A stretch of 32,000 nt of DNA, from assembly GCA_016699205.1 (NCBI GenBank), contig CP064964.1, forward strand, positions 900,001 through 932,000. Direction: 5' to 3'. Source of the DNA: Candidatus Saccharimonadota bacterium (GTDB lineage: Bacteria; Patescibacteriota; Patescibacteriia; 2-12-FULL-60-25). How positions within the stretch are numbered: position 1 is the stretch's first letter; each line of letters opens with the position of its first letter. The position numbers and the translations under genes are program-made. Positions 14,703 through 22,463 of this stretch are shown piece by piece. A model generated the notes under the pieces. That model was given only the letters and a program-made list of their open reading frames with translations. It ran no database searches and was not told the origin of the DNA.

Positions 14703-16071
14703 TTGTACCGATTTTTCATCTCGCCTGTCAGCGAAGATGAGGATGGTAAGCGCCAAGAGTATATTCTAAATATTCTCCTGGTAAGTGCTTCGGCGCTATT
14801 GTTTTGCTTGTTTTTGATCGTTTGTTTGCAGCAAGCCTTCATCAAAGGCTATCAAGGTATTTCACCTGTCATAGCGTTTTTAGCTACAGTATTTTTTTCT
14901 AGCTTGTTGCTTCTTTCGCGGAAGGGGTTTTCTCGTATAGCCTCGTATTCCATTGTTGGGATTTTATTTCTTTATATTTTTTATGCGAATTATTCCTGGG
15001 GGCCAGATTTGCCTATTACGTGGATCCTGTATTGCTTTCTTATCACTATTTCTGGAATTTTGATCTCATCGCGTTTTGCTTTTTTTGTCACCACTGCGAT
15101 CGCTTCTGCTTTGATCTGGCTTACTTGGATGTTGAATGGCGGATACCTCGTACTTGCTCGAGATTGGAAGCAAACAAGTTTTTTATCTGGAGACGCCGTG
15201 GCAGCTTCTATCGCGTTTGCTTTGATCGCTATTTTTTCTTGGTTAGCAAATCGCGATCTTCGCGCTTCACTTCAGAGAGCACGTGTTTCGGAAGCGGCAT
15301 TACAAGTAGAACGTGATCAGCTTGAAATTAAAGTAGAAGAACGCACCAAACAGTTAAAGGAAGCTCAGGAAATCCAGTTGGAGCAGATGACGCGTTTTGC
15401 CGAGTTTGGCCAGCTTGCGAGCGGCATCATGCATGATTTGGCTAATCCGCTTACATCAATGTCGATCAATTTGCAGATGGTGAAGGATCAGGTGCCAGAG
15501 GATGTGCGGGATACAAATACATATATGGACCAGGCGCTACAAGCGACGAAGCGCATGGAGGAACTGGTGCAGGTTGCGCGACAGCAGTTTCAAAAGAAGC
15601 CGGATACGATTCCGTTTTCTTGGTGATGAGATTGAGCAAGCGGTGCAATTGCTGCAATCCAAAGCTCGGCCAGCGCATGTTTCCTTTGATTTGATGGATA
15701 TTGAACGGATCGAGTCTGTCGGAAGTCCGTTGAAGTTCCATCGGGTTGTCATGAATCTTTTGGCGAACGCCATTGAAGCCTATGCCGAATCCGATGTCGC
15801 TTATGAAGATCGTCTTATTCGGGTAACCTGCCACGAGAACCAGGGTGATGCGGTTATTGAGATTATTGATAAAGCCGGAGGAATTTCAAGCGAGCATTTG
15901 GAAAAGATTTTTAATCCGTTTTTTACAACCAAGAAAACCGGTAGTGGAATCGGATTGCCGACCGTGAAAGAGATTCTTCAGAAAGATTTTTCTGCGACGA
16001 TCGATGCCACAAGTACCAAAGATCAGACGGTATTTGAAATTCGTCTGCCGATACGCAAGAATCTAACTTGA
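14685..16071 (+). pseudogene. sensor histidine kinase with about 6 TM segments, interrupted by a frameshift
   Basis: Polytopic N-terminal half, coiled coil, H-box ASGIMHDLANPLT in frame 0 stops at 15626; N-box VVMNLLANAIEA, G1 [16 protein letters not shown]2 GSGIGLP continue in frame 1; removing one T from T4 15615..15618 gives ...KKPDTIPFLGDEIEQAVQLL... Confidence 0.85.
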
Positions 16072-16072
16072 T

Positions 16073-16936
16073 ATGGATATCGGCATCCGTGAACGGCTAT
16101 TGAGCACGGTTCGAAATTCACAGGATGTTGACGGCGGATTTACCAGCCTGAGCTCGCCGGACCCGGTTCATTTTTTGTCGTCGAGCCAGGCTTATCGGAC
16201 GAGTTTTGTGGCGGCGCATGTTTTGATAGCGCTTGCATCGTCGCGGGTTGAGGGTGCGGAAGATATCAAGGAAAAGATTGCCAGCTTTCTCTTGCGGCAA
16301 ATTTCTGAAACGGGTGCCGTGAATTATTGGGCGAGAGATTCAATCGAGGCAAAAACGAAACCGTATCCTGATGATCTTGATGATACGGCTTGCGTGATTG
16401 CCGGCTTAGCTTTGCATGATAAGAAGATTTTGGACGGCGAGTTACTTGGAAAAATTGTCGCTGCTTTACTCGCTTGCGAAGTCCAGCCGGGCGGGCCTTA
16501 TCGAACATGGCTTATTTCTGCTGATGCGAATCCTGTTTGGCGAGATATTGATCCGACTGTGAACGCACATCTGGCTTTTGCTTTGGGGAGTATTGAGATT
16601 GATTTGCCTGGTTTGGATGATTATTTGAGTAGCGTTTTGAACGATCAACAACTCCAATCGCCTTATTATCCAAATGAACTTTCCGCACTGTCTGCTTTAT
16701 CGAGACGGCCTCAGGGGCGTGAATCTGCGATTGTCGGACGTGTTCTCGCGTTACGGAATGGATTGACATGGGGAAATCCTGTGGCTGACGCGCTGGCTTT
16801 GGGGATATTGTTGCGTTTGGGGGATGTGAGCGGTTCATGGGGGTCTGAGATTGAACAATTGGCTCGAGCGGAACAGAGCCCTGCGCCCTACGCTTTTTGT
16901 ATTGATCCATCGCAGAAAGGCGTGAAGCATTTTTGA
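16073..16936 (+). CDS. prenyltransferase / squalene-cyclase-repeat (alpha/alpha barrel) protein with class II terpene cyclase motif DxDDTA
   Basis: QDVDGGF repeat; PYPDDLDDTACV (16370..16390) resembles the squalene-hopene cyclase catalytic motif; starts 1 nt after the kinase stop; ends at TGA 16934..16936. Confidence 0.7.
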   Translation: MDIGIRERLLSTVRNSQDVDGGFTSLSSPDPVHFLSSSQAYRTSFVAAHVLIALASSRVEGAEDIKEKIASFLLRQISETGAVNYWARDSIEAKTKPYPDDLDDTACVIAGLALHDKKILDGELLGKIVAALLACEVQPGGPYRTWLISADANPVWRDIDPTVNAHLAFALGSIEIDLPGLDDYLSSVLNDQQLQSPYYPNELSALSALSRRPQGRESAIVGRVLALRNGLTWGNPVADALALGILLRLGDVSGSWGSEIEQLARAEQSPAPYAFCIDPSQKGVKHF

Positions 16937-16948
16937 GGAGCATCGGCT

Positions 16949-18001
16949 TTGACGGCGGCGCTTCTTCTCGAGGCGCTATCGCTGGTCAGCGTGGATACTG
17001 TTGTGCAGCCAAGTTATTCAAGGGCAGATGAAATACATGAGCGCATTGTTGAACAAGCGTATGTTTTTATACAGAGTCTTGCGCCTGAGTTTTCAAAAGC
17101 GGCTCGCGTAGCAATCGAGTTGGCTATAATAAAAGATACGAAACGCCAGATTACGCTTACGCCGTTTATGGCAGCTGGCTTACTCGGTGAGCGTGGAGAA
17201 AAGGTATCGGAGCGTGCGATTGAATCGCTTGGGCTTGCGAGTCTGTTTGGCTGGCTTTCGTATACGCTTTTGGATGATGTGATGGATGGAGATCGTGATG
17301 CGAGCGCATTGCCTTTAGCTTCGACCTTTTTGCGAAAGATGCAGAGCGTTTTTGATGAAGTGCTTCCGGAGAATACGCATTTTCATCGATGGGTGATGCG
17401 GATGATGAATCGCGTTGATGCTTCCAATGCTTGGGAATTATCTTATTGTCGTTTTCAAGTTAAAGACGGTCGGATTTTTTTGCCAGAAACCATTCCTTCA
17501 TTTCGCGAGGACTGGATGCTGTTTGGGCGATCGATCGGACATGCGATTGGTCCGGTTGGTATTTTGTGCGAGCTTGGAGAGTCGCCGGAGAATGTTGTTG
17601 GCCAAGAGATGCTTGCTCGTTATTGTGAATTAATTCTCGTCAAACAGATGCATGATGATGCGCATGATTGGGAGTCGGATTTGATGCGCGGTCAGATGAA
17701 TTCTGCAGGCGCTCGCGTGCTTGAGCGATGGTATCGATTGCATCCGGAGAAACGAGGGAGCCAAGTTCTTATCGATGAAGTCAGGGAAGAGTGGCGGACG
17801 ATTTTTTGGATGGAGATTCTGCCAGTGTATTCCCAAGAAATTGTGCAGCGATGTGAGCGTTCTATTGAAAAGCTGCGAAGGTCAGAGCATCTTGTTACGC
17901 CGGAGAATCTGATTCATGGCTTTGAACGAGTCGCTAAAGGTGCGCAGGAAGCGCTTTCAGGGCGCGAAGAAATGCTGAAGTTTCTGAAGACTTTGAAGTA
18001 G
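16949..18001 (+). CDS. class I isoprenoid-synthase-fold protein (two Asp-rich motifs), ComQ / polyprenyl-synthase-like
   Basis: YTLLDDVMDGD (DDVMD 17273..17287) and QMHDDAHDWESDLMRGQMN (DDAHD 17654..17668); TTG start 8 nt after GAGGAG; same reading frame as 16073..16936. Confidence 0.65.
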   Translation: MTAALLLEALSLVSVDTVVQPSYSRADEIHERIVEQAYVFIQSLAPEFSKAARVAIELAIIKDTKRQITLTPFMAAGLLGERGEKVSERAIESLGLASLFGWLSYTLLDDVMDGDRDASALPLASTFLRKMQSVFDEVLPENTHFHRWVMRMMNRVDASNAWELSYCRFQVKDGRIFLPETIPSFREDWMLFGRSIGHAIGPVGILCELGESPENVVGQEMLARYCELILVKQMHDDAHDWESDLMRGQMNSAGARVLERWYRLHPEKRGSQVLIDEVREEWRTIFWMEILPVYSQEIVQRCERSIEKLRRSEHLVTPENLIHGFERVAKGAQEALSGREEMLKFLKTLK

Positions 18002-18004
18002 CTG

Positions 18005-19159
18005 TTATGGAGTGTACTTTGCAGGTTCGTAGACGTTGCGTGCATTCCACAAGATCCAGCCGGAAGCTTTTGCATCGCGAGAAGCTTTAATCTGCGCTTC
18101 GATACGTGCGGCCGTGTAGACAGCACCGAGATCAAAGTCTTGGATCCAGGGACGGAATTTTGCACGGGACTCTGCCTCATCGATGAAGTGATCGGTTTTG
18201 AGGATTTCCGCACCTTTATCGAGAGAATATTTTACAACTTCATATGGATGCTCGGCTGGATTTTTGAAGCCTTGGAATCCTGTCCAATAATGCGAGGGGT
18301 ATACCATCGGAGAAATGTAGTCGGCGTTGGGATAGACGTCTTCCAAACGTTGGCCGATGCCAAAGTCTTCCGCTGTTAAAAAGGTCATGCCAAAAAGGTC
18401 AAAGGAAACGGGGATATCTTCTTTTTTCAGTGTGCCGCCGAGCGTATCAAAAAAAGCACGCATAATCTCTCCTTTGGTTCTGGTTTTTTCTGCTTCGGTT
18501 TTAGCGATTGCAGAGAGGACGCCGTCGGAAGCGTAGCGGATATAATCGAATTGAATTTCATCGAAACCCATTTTGTAAGCTTCACGTGCGAGGTTGAGTG
18601 CTGATTCAGCGACTCCCGGGTGTGCAGGATCGAGCCAGGCGGCTCCGGTTTTATCGAGCCAGAGTTTTCCGCTGGTTGATTTGATGGCCTGTTCCGGGTG
18701 GGCGCGGGCGTAGACAGAGTCGCGCATGACAGGAAGACGAGCGATGCGATAGATGCCGTCTTGGCCGAGTTTATCGATGATTGCCTGCGGTGGCATTACG
18801 ACTTCTCCATTATCCATTTTGACATCGATCACGACGGTATTTAATCCTGTTTTGAGCATGTAGGTACGGAGTTCCTCGGCACGTTTATTGCGAGCGGTTT
18901 CCGCGGTCCAGTAGATGCCTCGGACCTCCTTTGGTACGGGTACATGGGCAATGACTGGTTCTGGTGCCTCGACTTCACGCAGGGTGTTTGTTGTTACGTC
19001 GGCTGGTTCTTGCGCTGGTTGCGGGGTGCTTACTTGGGCCAATTGTGCGGATTGTAGCGCTTTAAATTGCTGAAGGATTTCAAATCCTCCTAAACCGGCA
19101 GCTACAAGAATCAAGGATACCGGTATGCCGATATAAAACACCCCACGCTTTGGAAGCAT
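18005..19159 (-). CDS. putative glycoside hydrolase, DUF4015/COG1306-like TIM barrel, N-terminal membrane anchor
   Basis: ...VRGIYWTA...NTVVIDVK...GFDEIQFDYIRY... resembles this family from memory; single N-terminal TM. Confidence 0.7.
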   Translation of the reverse strand: MLPKRGVFYIGIPVSLILVAAGLGGFEILQQFKALQSAQLAQVSTPQPAQEPADVTTNTLREVEAPEPVIAHVPVPKEVRGIYWTAETARNKRAEELRTYMLKTGLNTVVIDVKMDNGEVVMPPQAIIDKLGQDGIYRIARLPVMRDSVYARAHPEQAIKSTSGKLWLDKTGAAWLDPAHPGVAESALNLAREAYKMGFDEIQFDYIRYASDGVLSAIAKTEAEKTRTKGEIMRAFFDTLGGTLKKEDIPVSFDLFGMTFLTAEDFGIGQRLEDVYPNADYISPMVYPSHYWTGFQGFKNPAEHPYEVVKYSLDKGAEILKTDHFIDEAESRAKFRPWIQDFDLGAVYTAARIEAQIKASRDAKASGWILWNARNVYEPAKYTP

Positions 19160-19180
19160 GGGGTGAGTATAGCCCTTCTA

Positions 19181-19894
19181 TTATTTCTTGGCGACAAAAT
19201 CGATTTGAAGGGGGACTTCATCGGCGACATCGGCCAAGAAGGGGAAATCCGGGATAACGAGGCTGTAGTCACTACGCTTGACGGTTGTTTTTACGGTTGC
19301 GGATAGTTCCGTGTCGGAAGTGAATTTGCCGACACCCTCCCATATTGCGGGTTTTGTCGTTCCGGAGATGGTGAGATCACCGGTGATGCGGAATGCGAAT
19401 TCCGCATTCAGGTCAATGGATTGCTTATCCGTTGTGATCGTTATCGGTTTGAAGATAATGAACTCGTTTGCGTCGTCTTCCGTTTTGAGGATCATGCGGC
19501 GCGTGGCGTTGTCACGTTTTTCGTCGTCGGTTTTAAACGTGCGCGCGTTTACGCGGATTTCACCGATCGAGGCTTTGGAAAGGTCTGTGCGATCGACCTC
19601 AAAGGTTCCCATGACTTCACTTGTTGCACCGATCACGGTTACCGGTTTACCGCGGAGCATCTCAAAAATAGAATAGGTGGCTTTGGAGGATTCAGGGATA
19701 ATGCGATAGGTGCCAGTTGGGACGACGGCAGTAGGAGTAGCGGGCTCGACTGAAGGGGTCGGTGCAGGACGTTCGTCCGTGACTGTTGGCAGGGTACTAG
19801 GGGCCTTTGTTGGGGCTGTGAGAGCGTTGTAGGTGATGAAACCGCCGATGATAAGAACAAGGACGGAAATGATGGCAATAAGCGATTTTTTCAT
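19181..19894 (-). CDS. YceI-family (polyisoprenoid-binding) protein with signal/anchor sequence
   Basis: ATG 19894 gives MKKSLIAIISVLVLIIGG...; ...SKATYSIFE...VIGATSEVMGTFEVD...DEKRDNATRR...ITGDLTISGTTKP... YceI pattern. Confidence 0.85.
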   Translation of the reverse strand: MKKSLIAIISVLVLIIGGFITYNALTAPTKAPSTLPTVTDERPAPTPSVEPATPTAVVPTGTYRIIPESSKATYSIFEMLRGKPVTVIGATSEVMGTFEVDRTDLSKASIGEIRVNARTFKTDDEKRDNATRRMILKTEDDANEFIIFKPITITTDKQSIDLNAEFAFRITGDLTISGTTKPAIWEGVGKFTSDTELSATVKTTVKRSDYSLVIPDFPFLADVADEVPLQIDFVAKK

Positions 19895-19992
19895 AGGTTT
19901 GCCCGTATTACGCCGTCTGCGCCGATATCTTTCAACCCCGCTGGACAAGATGAATGGATTTCGTGTTTGATGCGTACTAAACATAGGCCTGC

Positions 19993-20562
19993 ATGACGAA
20001 CCATAACGTCACACGTGCCGACGAGGATATCGTCGGCGATGCCTTAGTGCATAAAGAGGTTTTTGCGCTTTTGGTCCTTCGCTATCAAGAACGGTTGGCG
20101 CGCTATTTGCGTCGCCTTGGCGTGATGCGGCGCGAGGATATGGAGGATGTGCTGCAAAACGTGTTTTTGAAAACGTATCGGAACTTGAACGAGTTTGATC
20201 GTCAGTTAAAATTTTCTTCGTGGATTTATCGCATTACGCATAATGAGGCAATGAGTTTTTTTCGTTCGACATCCTCGCGTCCCGAGGGTCATCCTGTTGA
20301 CGATGCGGAGCTTGTCCTCGAGCAGTTGAGCGGGTCGGCAGATACATCGATGGAGACGGAGCTCGGTTTGAATGCGTCGCAATTGACGGAGGCGCTAAAA
20401 AAGCTGGAATCAAAGTATCGCGATGTCATCGTTCTAAGATATTTTGAAGAGCGCGAGTACGCCGAGATCTCGGATATTTTGCGGATTCCGACCGGAACGG
20501 TTGCTACACTCTTGAATCGAGCCAAGAAACGTCTGCGCGATACGCTATCCCATCTTGTCTAA
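19993..20562 (+). CDS. ECF-type RNA polymerase sigma factor
   Basis: Region 2 ...DVLQNVFLKTYRNLNEFD...FSSWIYRITHNEA...; region 4 ...VIVLRYFEEREYAEISDILRIPTGTVATLLNRAKKRL... Confidence 0.9.
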   Translation: MTNHNVTRADEDIVGDALVHKEVFALLVLRYQERLARYLRRLGVMRREDMEDVLQNVFLKTYRNLNEFDRQLKFSSWIYRITHNEAMSFFRSTSSRPEGHPVDDAELVLEQLSGSADTSMETELGLNASQLTEALKKLESKYRDVIVLRYFEEREYAEISDILRIPTGTVATLLNRAKKRLRDTLSHLV

Positions 20563-20563
20563 T

Positions 20564-21436
20564 ATGAACGAAATCGAACTCAAACCCAACGGTTCTTCAG
20601 AAGACCTTGCCCACAAGGTTCTTGATCGGATTGAGGAAGAGCATGTGGTTCCACGACCCAAGTGGCAATTTACGGTAAAAGACCGTTTGTTCTGGGCGTT
20701 CTGGATTGTGTCTATCGTGCTCGGTTCATTACTCGCTGCCGTGCTGGTTTATTCGATTGTGAATGCCGGCTGGGAATATCGCTCGCTGACGCATAAGAAT
20801 TTGTTTGGATTTGTTTGGCAGGTATTGCCGCTCTTTTGGATTATCGCTTTGCTCGGTGCGCTTTTGCTTGCGTATGATAATGTTCGCCACACGTCGAGAG
20901 GTTACCGATTTCCTTTAACGGCGATTGTCAGTTTGAGTCTGCTCGTAACCGTTATCGGAGGATTTATTTTTTACGTCGCGGGTGCCGGCCGTGTTGTCGA
21001 TGAGGAGGTTGGGGGACGAATCCCGGCGTATCGACCCGTGATGAAGCGTCAGCAGCAGATGTGGTCTAAGCCGGAACAGGGGCTGTTGGCTGGAGAGGTG
21101 CTCGCATTTGATCGAGATCAGGCTTTGATGCGCTTGAAAGGATTCGATGGAAATCTGTATCTCATGGATACTCAGGATCTTGCGGACGACAGCCGAGATG
21201 TTTTGGTCGAGCGGGAATCGGTGCGCGTGATCGGGGTGTTCGCTAAGCCGTCAGATGGGCCTGATAAGCCTTATTTCCGCCCTTGCTACGTATTTCCTTG
21301 GGACCCTCAAAGCAAAAATTTGTTGAAAGTAAAATGCGACCCCGAAAGAACATTTGATGAGCCGCGTAGTACTGAATGTAAGGGTTTGATTCCTTACGAG
21401 ATTCTCAAGACGCTCCGCCGCGGTGCGTGCCGCTAA
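20564..21436 (+). CDS. membrane protein, candidate anti-sigma factor (by position only)
   Basis: ATG 20564 lies 1 nt after the sigma stop (TAATATG); short cytoplasmic N-terminus, 3 hydrophobic segments, extracytoplasmic C-terminal domain with Cys residues. Confidence 0.55.
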   Translation: MNEIELKPNGSSEDLAHKVLDRIEEEHVVPRPKWQFTVKDRLFWAFWIVSIVLGSLLAAVLVYSIVNAGWEYRSLTHKNLFGFVWQVLPLFWIIALLGALLLAYDNVRHTSRGYRFPLTAIVSLSLLVTVIGGFIFYVAGAGRVVDEEVGGRIPAYRPVMKRQQQMWSKPEQGLLAGEVLAFDRDQALMRLKGFDGNLYLMDTQDLADDSRDVLVERESVRVIGVFAKPSDGPDKPYFRPCYVFPWDPQSKNLLKVKCDPERTFDEPRSTECKGLIPYEILKTLRRGACR

Positions 21437-21458
21437 TCCCTTGTCTTGCTTTTTACCT

Positions 21459-21881
21459 ATGAAGTATCGTGCGTTATTTTATTCAACCGCCGTCGCTCTT
21501 CCGCTCGCCGCTCTCGCGTTAACCGGCGCACATGCTGCGACCATGGATACTACCGCTGGAATTTCCGATGCCCCTAAATGGGGGATGTTCCAGAAGGCGA
21601 ATCTCACCGATGCGCAGAAGGCCGCTGTAGAACAGGCAAAAGCTCTGCATGAGCAAGCGCGCGCTCTGCATGAACAGGCCGACGCGATACTCGAGAAAGC
21701 CGGTTTACCGGTTCATCGACCGGGGAAGATGAAACGTATCCAGTTAACGGATGAGCAGAAGTTGATACTCGAGCAGGCGAAGACTCTGCGTGAGCAGGGA
21801 AAGAATGATGAAGCGAGGGTTCTTCTTGAAACGTCGGGAATCCCAAAACCGTCTAGGGGTTTCATGCATCAAGTAAAGTAA
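21459..21881 (+). CDS. secreted LTXXQ-motif protein (CpxP/Spy-like)
   Basis: Signal peptide MKYRALFYSTAVALPLAALALTGAHA; two LTDxQK motifs (LTDAQK, LTDEQK) in helical repeats. Confidence 0.65.
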   Translation: MKYRALFYSTAVALPLAALALTGAHAATMDTTAGISDAPKWGMFQKANLTDAQKAAVEQAKALHEQARALHEQADAILEKAGLPVHRPGKMKRIQLTDEQKLILEQAKTLREQGKNDEARVLLETSGIPKPSRGFMHQVK

Positions 21882-21895
21882 GCCTCGGCCCAGTC

Positions 21896-21928
21896 AAAAA
21901 CGCACCATGCATGGAATGGTGCGTTTTT
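21896..21928. terminator. bidirectional intrinsic terminator
   Basis: AAAAACGCACCAT 21896..21908 / ATGGTGCGTTTTT 21916..21928, between convergent genes. Confidence 0.7.
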
Positions 21929-22433
21929 ATTTTGAGTAGATGTAGAGACCGTTACGTTTTTCTTTCAGCGTCCAATTTGGGAATTGGAAGCCGAGGGAAA
22001 TGACTTGCGATCCTGGTTTTAATTCGCGCTGCAATTTTTCTTCCAATCTTCCCATGATGTAGATGACGCCAAAGACGATGATGACGTCGAAATCGGAAAG
22101 ATCGGCTTTCCAGAGGTCTTTCCAATGTGTTTTCGCGAGATGATCGAGATGTAGTTGTTTACTTTTTCTACGTGACCACCAGACGAGTACGGGATTGATT
22201 TCAAAACCGTGCGCCTCGATTCCTTGTTTGGCGAGCGCGATGAGAATGCGGCCGTCTCCGGAGCCGATGTCGGCAATTTTAAGATTTGGACGCTTATCGA
22301 TGAGCTCGAGAATCTTTTCCACGCCTTCATGTTTTGTAGGGATAAAGGGCGCGCCCCTGTAGAGCAACCAGACGGCGCCCACATCGACCAAGATGAGGAG
22401 GGCGGCGATCCAGACCAATGGTTCTTGCAACAT
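21927..22433 (-). CDS. class I SAM-dependent methyltransferase with N-terminal TM segment
   Basis: Motif I IADIGSGDGRILIALA; N-terminal hydrophobic helix. Confidence 0.8.
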   Translation of the reverse strand: MLQEPLVWIAALLILVDVGAVWLLYRGAPFIPTKHEGVEKILELIDKRPNLKIADIGSGDGRILIALAKQGIEAHGFEINPVLVWWSRRKSKQLHLDHLAKTHWKDLWKADLSDFDVIIVFGVIYIMGRLEEKLQRELKPGSQVISLGFQFPNWTLKEKRNGLYIYSK

Positions 22434-22463
22434 CGCGTATCAGGTTATACTCTCCGTCGGAAT

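Noticed and set aside
16934-16936. In-frame TGA as evidence for an alternative genetic code (TGA = Gly or Trp) or selenocysteine
   Set aside because: TGA clearly terminates adk, the 375-aa ORF, the kinase, msrA and 30530..31156 at sensible ends. The tRNA-Trp in the window has anticodon CCA, not UCA. No SECIS-like hairpin is evident immediately downstream.
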